64,000 nt of DNA, from contig JBDHAB010000006.1 in assembly GCA_039588295.1 (NCBI GenBank), forward strand, positions 128,001 to 192,000, given 5' to 3'. The DNA comes from Gemmatimonadota bacterium (GTDB lineage Bacteria; Gemmatimonadota; Gemmatimonadetes; Gemmatimonadales; GWC2-71-9). The notes beneath the pieces were generated by a model that made no database searches, was not told the DNA's origin, and worked only from the letters and a program-made list of their open reading frames with translations. Below, in pieces: positions 1 through 8,764 of this stretch; the first letter of the stretch is position 1; each line of letters opens with the position of its first letter. The translations under genes were made by a program, and so were the position numbers.

Positions 1-2197
1 TCGCATCGACCAGCGCGGCGGTATTCCCGTGGTAGCCGCCCTGCAGCACGATCAGATCCTCGGCGCCCGTGTGGGTTCGCGCCATGCGAAGTGCGAGCTC
101 GTTCGCTTCACTTCCCGAGCAGACGAAGTAGCAAATGCTCAGGGGATCGGGAAGCGTGGCGCACAATCGTTCCGCATAGCGAACGAGATGCTGGTGGAGG
201 TAACGCGTGTTCGTGTTCAGGACGGCAATCTGCCGCTGCGCGGCCATCACCACCCGTGGATGGCAGTGCCCAACGTGGCACACGTTGTTCACGCAATCGA
301 GATACGCATGACCGACCTCGTCGTAGAGGTACTGGGCGCGACCCCGGACGATGTGGAGGGGTGCCTCGTAGGCGATGCTGAGCGAGGGTCCCAAGCGCTC
401 ATTACGCGCCTGGAGAATGGTGTCGCGGCTCATGGCGGCGTCGGCCCGCACGCCCCCCGGCAGGCCCACAACCAGATTCGGGTCGGGAGACAGGCTGAGC
501 CAGACAGCACGCTGGCTCGGTGCGGCAACGCCCGGGAACTCTCCGTCCCGATCGAGCAGATCGGTGATGAGTTGGAAGTGAAGATGGGGTGGCCAGTTTC
601 CGTTCACCGCGAACTCGCCCACTGAGGCGAGACGCTCACCTTGGCGCACGTTGTCGCCCGGCGACAGCGACCGAAGGCAGTCGGGGCCGAGGTGTCCGTA
701 CAGTGTGTAGAACCGCGGACCATCGGACGGCTCGTGCTCCAGGATGACGGTCGGACCGTAGTCCAGGGCCGCCGCGTTGTCTTTCACGCTGTGCACCCGA
801 GCATCGAGCGGAGCCAGCACGGGTGTCCCGGGCTCAGAGAACAGATCCACGCCGAGGTGGATCGTCCGACGCTCGGGGAGCTCTCCTTGGGGTCCCTCGA
901 ACGCCTCCGTCAGGTAGATGTACCGCGCCTCGTCATAGCGACCCACGCCGAATCGAGCACCGCGCTCAGTCATCGCGGACAACACTACGTCAGCGAGGAC
1001 CTCGGTTCCGGTGATCTCTTCCGGGTCCGTGAGAAGCGGGCTCTCGATGCTGAGGTCGAGCGTGGTCGCAGGTGCGCGACGAGGATCCGGGTCCATGACC
1101 GGCCCGATGGCGTTGGCGTGTCGCTGCAGCCAGTGGACGACTGCCTGACTGTGTGGGCAGGGGGTGAGCCCGCACGCGGCACGAAGAACGTCCCGTGCAA
1201 AGCGTGGATGAATGGTGGTCAGCTGCTCGAGGGCATCCCACGCAGGTTGCTCGCTGACGGCGAGGTAGTCGTTTTCCGGCTCTTCGAGGCGACGCTGCGC
1301 AGAGATGCAGACGCTCAGCGCCAAGCGGCCGCAAGCCAGCGCGAATAGCGCCTCTAACTCGGGTTCTGTAAGGGGCAGCGCGTCGTGGTACCCCCCCACG
1401 ATCTGCGCGGCGGCGGCGAGCGGGTCCGGCTTGCCCAAAACCGCGTATGCGACGGCGATCGCCGGATCACAGACCGTGGCGCATTCGACCAGGTCCCCGA
1501 AGTCGACGAAACCCGTGATTCGCCGTGGCTCTCGTCCAGTTGCTTCCACCAGCACGTTGTAGTCGTTTGCGTCGTTGTAGATGACGCTGGTCCGGAGGGA
1601 AGGGAGAACCGGCGTAACCATTGCTGTCCATTGCTCGAGCACGCGGTCGATGATCCGCTGGCGCCGGCTACCGGTGACCGCCGACCGATACTCCGTGACA
1701 GTCTCGGGTGCTCGGCCAAGGTTCCACGGAAAATCTCGGCGCGCCGCGGGGTGCGTGAACTGCAGCAGCGAACGATCCATCGTTGCAAGGGTTCGACCGA
1801 GATCTTGCAAGAGCGCGGCCGAGTGCGGTCGGGCTCGGGCCAGCACCTCACCAGACAGATAACTGAGGAGCCGTACGCTGTGGCGCTGGCCGTCGCGCCC
1901 CACGATCACGGATGCCACCTCGCCCGTCTCCGCAGGGCGAAGACGTGGGACTGGGAGCCCCGGCGTTTGTTCGGCGAGCCACGTGAGCGCCGCGTTCTGC
2001 AGTTCGAGATGGGCGTCCGGCTCGCCGGAGCCCGAGATCTTCAGGACGAACCGATCGCCCGAGACGGCGGTCAGAACGAAGTTCTGATCACGCTCGCTTG
2101 GGAGCGACTGAACCGAGCCGGAGAGGCCATAGAGCCTGTTGGCCAGGTTCAGCGCCTCGTCTGGAGAGAAGGTTGGTCGTTGAAGCTCGAGGGTCAT
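1..2197 (-). CDS. Fusion of APH/hydroxylysine-kinase-like phosphotransferase, M23 peptidase-like domain and class III PLP aminotransferase (3' end runs off the window)
   Basis: Manual minus-strand translation from ATG at 2197 (MTLELQRPTFSPDEA...). Kinase motifs SERDQNF, VIYNDANDYNVLV, VDFGD. M23 motifs HLGVD, YGHL, PPHLHFQ. Aminotransferase N-terminus YLDCVNNVCHVGHCHP, SGSEANELA, GYHGNT. Absent from the ORF track because it has no stop inside the window. Confidence 0.9.
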   Translation of the reverse strand, partial: MTLELQRPTFSPDEALNLANRLYGLSGSVQSLPSERDQNFVLTAVSGDRFVLKISGSGEPDAHLELQNAALTWLAEQTPGLPVPRLRPAETGEVASVIVGRDGQRHSVRLLSYLSGEVLARARPHSAALLQDLGRTLATMDRSLLQFTHPAARRDFPWNLGRAPETVTEYRSAVTGSRRQRIIDRVLEQWTAMVTPVLPSLRTSVIYNDANDYNVLVEATGREPRRITGFVDFGDLVECATVCDPAIAVAYAVLGKPDPLAAAAQIVGGYHDALPLTEPELEALFALACGRLALSVCISAQRRLEEPENDYLAVSEQPAWDALEQLTTIHPRFARDVLRAACGLTPCPHSQAVVHWLQRHANAIGPVMDPDPRRAPATTLDLSIESPLLTDPEEITGTEVLADVVLSAMTERGARFGVGRYDEARYIYLTEAFEGPQGELPERRTIHLGVDLFSEPGTPVLAPLDARVHSVKDNAAALDYGPTVILEHEPSDGPRFYTLYGHLGPDCLRSLSPGDNVRQGERLASVGEFAVNGNWPPHLHFQLITDLLDRDGEFPGVAAPSQRAVWLSLSPDPNLVVGLPGGVRADAAMSRDTILQARNERLGPSLSIAYEAPLHIVRGRAQYLYDEVGHAYLDCVNNVCHVGHCHPRVVMAAQRQIAVLNTNTRYLHQHLVRYAERLCATLPDPLSICYFVCSGSEANELALRMARTHTGAEDLIVLQGGYHGNTAALVDA

Positions 2198-2341
2198 ACC
2201 CTGCTCTCGGTCCCCACTCCTTCGAGGTCAGGCTGCATCCCGGTCTCCGTGTCGTCGAGTACGCCGTTGCGGGCCGTCGCACAGTCAATATTGTTCAGCC
2301 ACCCGAGAATCGGAATTCTGCCTCGACCACGGAGATTCGGA

Positions 2342-3031
2342 ATGCCACAGAATGCTCATTTTGCTCCGACGCTATTCTCGTTTCTCAGGCAACTCGACCG
2401 CAACAACAACCGGGAGTGGTTTCGAGCGAACAAAGAGCGATATGAGCGAGAAGTGCGCGATCCGGTGCTGCGGTTCATCGTGGATTTCGGGCCGCGGTTG
2501 CGGCGTATCAGCCCGCACTTCGTCGCCGATCCCCGCCCCGTGGGCGGCTCGATGTTCCGCATCTATCGAGATACGCGGTTCTCCCGTGACAAGCGTCCCT
2601 ACAAGACGGTCGCCGCGGCCCAGTTCCGTCACGAGAAGGGTGGGGACGTCCACGCCCCCGGCTTCTACTTGCATTTGGAGCCTGGGAACGTGTTCGCGGG
2701 CGTAGGCCTGTGGCACCCCGATGGCGACACGCTGCGGAAGGTCCGAGACACGATCGTGGAGAACCCCGGGAAGTGGAAGCGAATAAGCGGGAGTAAGTCG
2801 TTTCTGAACCGGTTCACTCTGAGCGGTGAATCCCTCAAGCGCCCGCCGCGTGGGTACGCAGCCGATCACCCGGCGATGGAAGATCTCAAGAGGAAAGACT
2901 TCGTCGCCGTGGCGCCATTCGAAGACCAGGAACTGTTCGATCCCAGCTTCCTGTCCAATTTCACCGCGACGGTGCGGACGGCGAAACCGTTCATGGAGTT
3001 TCTGACTCGGGCGGTTGGACTCGCGTGGTGA
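2342..3031 (+). CDS. DUF2461 (TIGR02453) family protein
   Basis: FLRQLDRNNNREWF, FRIYRDTRFSRDKRPYK, GFYLHLEP, LKRPPRGY. The ORF-track start at 1385 is an antisense extension; ATG at 2342 is the likely start. Confidence 0.9.
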   Translation: MPQNAHFAPTLFSFLRQLDRNNNREWFRANKERYEREVRDPVLRFIVDFGPRLRRISPHFVADPRPVGGSMFRIYRDTRFSRDKRPYKTVAAAQFRHEKGGDVHAPGFYLHLEPGNVFAGVGLWHPDGDTLRKVRDTIVENPGKWKRISGSKSFLNRFTLSGESLKRPPRGYAADHPAMEDLKRKDFVAVAPFEDQELFDPSFLSNFTATVRTAKPFMEFLTRAVGLAW

Positions 3032-3042
3032 CGCTGCACCCG

Positions 3043-4365
3043 TCAGCGCTGGCCAGTCCGGATGCGCTCCCACGCCCGCAGTCCAGACCCTGCGCACAGC
3101 CAAAGGAGCAAGGTGATGATCGCCGCCGACGTGAGGCACCACGCGCAGGTAGCGCCGATCACGAACGGCTCGAGGTAGGTGAGATAGATGGAAAAGAACG
3201 TGCCGACGTACGTCATGAGCAGGAGGCCGAAGGACGCCCAATCCGCTGTTGGGCGCCGTCCTGTACGTCTCACGAGCCACGCGGCGATGATCCCGACATA
3301 CCCCACCAGACCGACGATTCCCACCGGAAGGACGCCAAACAGTCTCGCGTATGAACTCTGTTGGACGGCATTGCAGTCCCCTACGGGCCCGCACACCGCG
3401 GCCGCCCCAGTCAGTTCCACGTAGGTGAGGTAACCCGCCACGCCGATCCCAATCAGTGCCACGATCGGGATCGCGGATTCGAGCGTGCGTCCTATGGGTC
3501 GCGGTGTCCGGACGATCACCGCAATGACACTCACGATCATGACGACAAGCATTGCGATCGCGAGGCCATTCGCCAGCGGGTCCCGTTGCAGGCGATCGAG
3601 CACGGAGTCACCATCGACCGGGACGGATTCCAGGGTCGCCGGTGGCGGCGGCTCGCCCACTGGTGGTACGCTGGGTAGGACGGGGACGGCGGCTGTATCG
3701 GTGCGCGGCGAGTCCGCAGGGCTCGGCGCAAGTTCCGAGCGCAGCCTGGCGCGCACGGGCTGGGAGTCGGGCGCGACTTGTGGTGTCACGGGTGTCGCCG
3801 TGTCGGGTGCAGCAGGCGGCGCTGCTTCTCGAGCAGCGATTGGCGGTACCGGGAGTTCCGGTAGATGGTCGAGGAGGCCCTCGATGTCCGGCCACTCGAG
3901 CCCGTCGGTTGCCAGCGCATCCTCAATGATCACCGGAAGGTGGTTGGGAATCTCGAAAGACCCCACGAGGACGGAATCGGCGATGACAAGCCTCGGCACG
4001 CCACTTCGCTCCCGTGGGATCTGAAACCGCTCAGTGGACGTCTGGTAGAGCTCGTAGCCGAGGGGTCGGGATGCATCAACCAGGAGGATCTCGAGCTGGC
4101 CGTTGGTGGCGTAGTACAGGGACCGCTCCCGTTCCGGCACATCTTGATTGACGATGACCTGTGGCTCCCCCCCGTACGCGGCGAAGATGCGGGGGAGATC
4201 CTCGCTGATGACCTCGTGACAGTGGGGGCACGTCGGCGAGTAGAAAAGCACGGCACGAACGACCTGTTCCTGCGCGCTCGCCGGTTCGATGGTGGCCGAG
4301 AGCGTGACTGCGGCCGATGCGAGGATGGCCGCCGTTCGTCGTACGAGAGTGCGAATGCCGCGCAA
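3043..4365 (-). CDS. Thioredoxin-like domain fused to a vitamin K epoxide reductase (VKOR) domain
   Basis: TTG at 4365 with GGAGG upstream, signal peptide ending ASA-Q, FYSPTCPHC, Pro/Ala-rich linker, VKOR motifs CGPVGDC..V..S.Y and membrane CAWC. Confidence 0.85.
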   Translation of the reverse strand: MRGIRTLVRRTAAILASAAVTLSATIEPASAQEQVVRAVLFYSPTCPHCHEVISEDLPRIFAAYGGEPQVIVNQDVPERERSLYYATNGQLEILLVDASRPLGYELYQTSTERFQIPRERSGVPRLVIADSVLVGSFEIPNHLPVIIEDALATDGLEWPDIEGLLDHLPELPVPPIAAREAAPPAAPDTATPVTPQVAPDSQPVRARLRSELAPSPADSPRTDTAAVPVLPSVPPVGEPPPPATLESVPVDGDSVLDRLQRDPLANGLAIAMLVVMIVSVIAVIVRTPRPIGRTLESAIPIVALIGIGVAGYLTYVELTGAAAVCGPVGDCNAVQQSSYARLFGVLPVGIVGLVGYVGIIAAWLVRRTGRRPTADWASFGLLLMTYVGTFFSIYLTYLEPFVIGATCAWCLTSAAIITLLLWLCAGSGLRAWERIRTGQR

Positions 4366-4502
4366 TGTGCAAGCCTCCGTCTCGGTGAAACTACTCCGAC
4401 GGAAACCCGTGTCACAAGCCACGATGCTGGACTCGCGTGGAGAGGACCCTGCAGGCATCTTTCCCGGCGGATGAGATCCGCACCTGACTCCCGGGAGCAA
4501 CC

Positions 4503-7409
4503 ATGCGTAAGACGTCCTTCGTGTTTGCCATCGCGTGCTGCGTCGCGAGCATCGCCCATGCCCAGAGCAGCGCAAAGCGCCCGCTGGATCATGAGGTGTA
4601 CGACAGCTGGAACCAAATCCGCGACCAGCAATTGTCGGACGACGGTCGATGGGTGCTGTACGCGCTCGTGCCGCAGGACGGAGATGCAGAGCTTCACGTG
4701 CGTAGCGTGGCGTCGACTACCACCCATGTCGTGGCTCGTGGACGCTCCGCACAATTCTCGGCGGAGGGCGGGTTCGTCGTATTCCTGATCAAGCCGGAGC
4801 TCACTGCGCAGCGTGAGGCCAAGAAGGAGAAGAAGAAGCCCGACGACCAACCGAAGGACTCGCTTGGCATCCTCAATCTCGGCACAGGGGAGATTACGCG
4901 GGTCGAGCGGGTCAAGTCATTCGCGGTGCCCGACGATGCCGGAGCCTGGGTGGCGTATCTCCTCGAGAAGGCCGTGAAGGAAGGGGAGGAGGACGATACG
5001 ACTGAGGCCGAGGAGCAGGAACCGGCGGAGCCGAAAGAGCCCGAGCCGGAGGAGGAAGCGCAGGAGGAAGAGGAGGACAAGAAGAAGGACAAGAAGGATG
5101 GCACCACCTTGGTGCTGCGGAACCTCAACTCGGGAGAGGAGCAGCAGTTCGACCTCGTGATGGAATACGCGTTTGCCGCGGATGGGGAGTTCCTGGCGTA
5201 CGCGACCTCCAGTAAAGACGGCTCATTGGACGGAGCGTACGCAGTGGAGACCGCCACCGGGACCGTTTTGTCCTTGTTGGAAGGTGAGGGCAACTACAAG
5301 GCGCTGACCGTTGACGAGTCGAGTGAGCAACTGGCGTTTCTCGCTGATCGCGACGACTACGAGGCCGACCAGCCGGCATTCGCGCTGTATCACTGGCGTA
5401 ATGGTGCGCGGGACGCCCGCATGCTGGCCGGGGAGGGAACAGCGGGAATCCCCGAGGGTTGGTGGGTCGGCGAACACGGCGAGCTCTCGTTCTCCGAGAA
5501 TGGACAACGCCTGTTCTTCGGCACGGCACCGCGGCCCGCGCCGGAGCCGGAGGAGGAAACGCCCGAGTGGGAGGAGGTCAAGGTGGACATCTGGAACTGG
5601 AAGGACCTCCTACTCCAGCCAATGCAGTTGGTCCAGCGCGACGAGGAGCTGAAGCGCACGTACAGAGCCGTGGTGCATTTGGGGGATGCGCGTGTCGTGC
5701 AGCTTGCGGATGAGGCGGTGCCCGAGGTCGAGGTGATCCAAGACGGCGATGGCGATGTCGCGTTAGGATTCACCAACGTCCCCTACCGACAGCTCATCTC
5801 CTGGGATACCCCCGGGTATCTGGACATCTACCTCGTCGACATCAATTCTGGTAGTCGCCGCCTGATTCGTGAACGCCTGCAGGGTTCCCGGTTTCGCGTC
5901 TCGCTCTCGCCGGAAGGTAAGTATGTCAGTTGGTGGGACGGCCATGAACGCGCCTGGTTCGTCGCCTCCGCGAGTGGTGGGGAGCCGGTGAACGTCACGG
6001 CTGCACTCCCTCATCCGATCTACAACGAATTACATGACTGGCCGATGATCCCATCGTCCTACGGCACCGCAGGGTGGACGGAAGGTGACGGGTGGTACTT
6101 GGTGTACGACCGATATGACATCTGGGCCGTCGATCCGTCGGGTCGGCGGGCACCGATGAACATCACTGAAGGCATGGGTCGCGAGCGCAACGTCCAGTTC
6201 CGGTACGTGCGGCTCGATCCGGAGCAAGAGGCAATTCCCGAGCGAGATCCTATACTGCTCAGCGCGTTCGATCGTACCACCAAGACGAGTGGGTTCTACC
6301 GCGACAGGATCAGAGGCTCCGATCGGCCCCGGCAGCTGGTCATGCAGGATCGACGGTTGGGTCCGCCGAGGAAGGCGGAAGACGGTGACGTACTCCTGTT
6401 CACACGACAGAGCTTCCAGGAGTTCCCGGATCTTTGGGTGAGCGACCTCTCGCTCGGCGACATGCGGAAGATGAGCGATGCCAATCCACAACAGGCGGAG
6501 TATCGCTGGGGGACTGCTGAACTGGTTCACTGGCGCTCGACGGACGGAAAACCGCTGCAGGGCATCCTGTACAAGCCTGAAGACTTCGATCCGTCGAGGC
6601 AGTACCCGATGATGGTGTATTTCTACGAGAAGATGTCGGACGGCTTGCATTCCTATCGTAGCCCTGGGCCCGGCAGCTCGAGCATCAGTGTGAGCTTCTA
6701 TGTGAGTCGCGGATACGTGGTGTTCATTCCGGACATCCATTATCGGGTGGGGTATCCGGGGGAGAGCGCCATGGATTGCGTTGTGTCGGGCGTGTTGAGT
6801 GTGCTCGAAAACGGCTTCGTGGATCCGGATCGTGTCGGCGTGCAGGGTCATAGTTGGGGTGGCTATCAGATCGCCTACCTGGTTACCCAGACGAACATCT
6901 TCCGCGCTGCGGAGGCGGGCGCGCCCGTGTCCAACATGACGAGCGCGTACGGCGGCATTCGTTGGGGTAGTGGCATGAGCCGCATGTTCCAGTACGAGCG
7001 ATCGCAGAGTCGTATCGGCGGCACCTTGTGGGATGCACGGCCCCGATACCTCGCCAACTCACCGCTGTTCTGGGCGGACAAGATCGAAACGCCGGTCCTC
7101 ATGCTGCACAATGACGAGGACGGCGCCGTGCCGTGGTATCAGGGCATCGAGTTCTTCGTGGCCCTGCGGCGGCTGGGGAAGCCGGCGTGGATGTTGAACT
7201 ACAACGGCGAGCCGCATGGCCTGCGGAAGTACCCGAACAAGAAGGACTGGGCGATCCGTATGCAGCAGTTCTTCGACCACTATCTGCAGGACGCACCGCC
7301 GCCGGTCTGGCTGGCCGAGGGTGTGCCCGCGGTGGAGAAGGGACGCACACGCGGCTTGGAGCTGGTCGAGCCGGAGCCGACAACGGGCGGAGGGTCGGGC
7401 AGCCGCTAG
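4503..7409 (+). CDS. Exported S9 family prolyl oligopeptidase / acylaminoacyl peptidase
   Basis: Signal peptide, propeller-like N-terminal region, nucleophile GHSWGG, DGAVP Asp, EPHGL His. Confidence 0.9.
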   Translation: MRKTSFVFAIACCVASIAHAQSSAKRPLDHEVYDSWNQIRDQQLSDDGRWVLYALVPQDGDAELHVRSVASTTTHVVARGRSAQFSAEGGFVVFLIKPELTAQREAKKEKKKPDDQPKDSLGILNLGTGEITRVERVKSFAVPDDAGAWVAYLLEKAVKEGEEDDTTEAEEQEPAEPKEPEPEEEAQEEEEDKKKDKKDGTTLVLRNLNSGEEQQFDLVMEYAFAADGEFLAYATSSKDGSLDGAYAVETATGTVLSLLEGEGNYKALTVDESSEQLAFLADRDDYEADQPAFALYHWRNGARDARMLAGEGTAGIPEGWWVGEHGELSFSENGQRLFFGTAPRPAPEPEEETPEWEEVKVDIWNWKDLLLQPMQLVQRDEELKRTYRAVVHLGDARVVQLADEAVPEVEVIQDGDGDVALGFTNVPYRQLISWDTPGYLDIYLVDINSGSRRLIRERLQGSRFRVSLSPEGKYVSWWDGHERAWFVASASGGEPVNVTAALPHPIYNELHDWPMIPSSYGTAGWTEGDGWYLVYDRYDIWAVDPSGRRAPMNITEGMGRERNVQFRYVRLDPEQEAIPERDPILLSAFDRTTKTSGFYRDRIRGSDRPRQLVMQDRRLGPPRKAEDGDVLLFTRQSFQEFPDLWVSDLSLGDMRKMSDANPQQAEYRWGTAELVHWRSTDGKPLQGILYKPEDFDPSRQYPMMVYFYEKMSDGLHSYRSPGPGSSSISVSFYVSRGYVVFIPDIHYRVGYPGESAMDCVVSGVLSVLENGFVDPDRVGVQGHSWGGYQIAYLVTQTNIFRAAEAGAPVSNMTSAYGGIRWGSGMSRMFQYERSQSRIGGTLWDARPRYLANSPLFWADKIETPVLMLHNDEDGAVPWYQGIEFFVALRRLGKPAWMLNYNGEPHGLRKYPNKKDWAIRMQQFFDHYLQDAPPPVWLAEGVPAVEKGRTRGLELVEPEPTTGGGSGSR

Positions 7410-7556
7410 GGGGTCAACGGGGAATCGGCTCCGCCGCGGCAACCGGATCAGGACGTCACCGCCGGGGACCTCTTGCTCCTGCCCCCTCCCGCTCCGCGTG
7501 CTGCTGCCTATCTTCTATCTCCTGGCGGCCATCTAGAACTCGAGTGGTAGGAGCAC

Positions 7557-7658
7557 ATGGGGTATCCGAAGAAACATCGAGGTAGGCGGAAAATTGGGAG
7601 CAAACGCCGTCGAATGCGGCGGAAGCGGCGGAAGGGCCAGCGCTTGCGCAAGAAGTAG
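7557..7658 (+). CDS. 33-aa highly basic peptide MGYPKKHRGRRKIGSKRRRMRRKRRKGQRLRKK, possibly a small ribosomal or RNA-binding protein
   Basis: AGGAG immediately upstream of the ATG, 20 of 33 residues K/R, otherwise empty intergenic gap, downstream hairpin. Below the ORF-track size cut-off. Confidence 0.65.
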   Translation: MGYPKKHRGRRKIGSKRRRMRRKRRKGQRLRKK

Positions 7659-7752
7659 CCCGGTGTAGCATCGGGGATGGCCTGGTGGAAGCACGCCAGA
7701 CGGCATCCGCGACGACATCACATAGATCGTGTCATTGTCGGTCCTACGACAA

Positions 7753-7783
7753 GCGGCCCTCCCAGTCCGATTGGGAGGGCCGC
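7753..7783. terminator. Hairpin, likely bidirectional terminator between convergent genes
   Basis: Perfect 12-bp stem GCGGCCCTCCCA-N7-TGGGAGGGCCGC. Confidence 0.7.
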
Positions 7784-7808
7784 GTATCCACCGATCGGTG
7801 CTCGACCG

Positions 7809-8705
7809 CTACAGCACGGTCGCGACGATCAACGCCCCCGCCAGCACTACGTTGGTGGAGAGATTCCAGACCACGTTGGAGCCCATCGCCGGGACTGGCA
7901 CGGCATCCGCTGCGTGTTGGAACGCCCAACCGAGGGGCTTGGCCAGGAGCAGCAGCGACGGAAGCACCGCGACGAGGGCCAGGAGCGGCAGCTTCCCGAG
8001 CGTCACGGCAAGGATGATCGATGCAGGTGTGAGCAACGCGGCGATGGCATAGACGAGAGCCGCCGCGGGTCGACCTAACATCAGCACGATGTTCTGACGT
8101 CCCCCTTCGCGATCGGCTGCTTCGTCGGGGAATTCATTGAGCAGCAGCAGGTTGAAGGTGGTGAGCGTGGCCGGGATGCCAGCCCAAACCGCCGCCTCGG
8201 GGATGACGCCGCTTTGCACGAGCGCAACGCCCACGACCGGCAGCCCGCCCAGGCCGAGACCGGCCGCAAGCTCACCCACGCCAATTCGGGCGAGCCCATC
8301 GGTGTACCCGACCACGAAGATCGCGCCGATGATCATGAAGGGGATAATGGGCCAGCCGATCTTGCTGTAGAACCAGATGCCCGCCGCTAGGCCAATGGCA
8401 GCGGTTACCACGCCGAACCAGAATGCCGCGCGGGTCGACATCTCGCCCGCGGGGAGCGTTCCGCTTCCCCCCGAGAACGGTGTGCGCTGGGTCTTGAGGT
8501 CGATCCCGGTCTTCATGTCGCTCCACTCGTTGAACGCGTCGACCGCGATATGCAGTGCGATCAGTCCGACCAATGCCACGACAGTGCGTAACCAGCTGAA
8601 TGACCCAGTGTAGGCGGCAGCGGCCGCCCCCGCGGCAACCAGCGTGACCGGGAGGAGCAGGAACGGCGCGCGCGCTACGCCAGCAAACGCTTTGATGCTT
8701 GGCAT
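7809..8705 (-). CDS. menA: UbiA-family prenyltransferase, MenA-like (DHNA octaprenyltransferase)
   Basis: NEWSDMKTGID, RTPFSGGSG, NEFPDEAADREGGRQN motifs; multiple transmembrane helices. Confidence 0.7.
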   Translation of the reverse strand: MPSIKAFAGVARAPFLLLPVTLVAAGAAAAAYTGSFSWLRTVVALVGLIALHIAVDAFNEWSDMKTGIDLKTQRTPFSGGSGTLPAGEMSTRAAFWFGVVTAAIGLAAGIWFYSKIGWPIIPFMIIGAIFVVGYTDGLARIGVGELAAGLGLGGLPVVGVALVQSGVIPEAAVWAGIPATLTTFNLLLLNEFPDEAADREGGRQNIVLMLGRPAAALVYAIAALLTPASIILAVTLGKLPLLALVAVLPSLLLLAKPLGWAFQHAADAVPVPAMGSNVVWNLSTNVVLAGALIVATVL

Positions 8706-8764
8706 ATTCCCTCGAGTTGCGTGATGTCCGTGACCCGCAAGGCGGAAAACCTAGTGGACCGGTT

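Noticed and set aside
29..2341. Plus-strand ORFs 29-625, 641-1348 and the N-terminal part of 1385-3031
   Set aside because: Antisense shadows of the motif-rich minus-strand fusion gene.
4980..5100. GAG/AAG-rich low-complexity stretch
   Set aside because: Encodes an acidic/lysine linker of the S9 peptidase, not a DNA repeat element.
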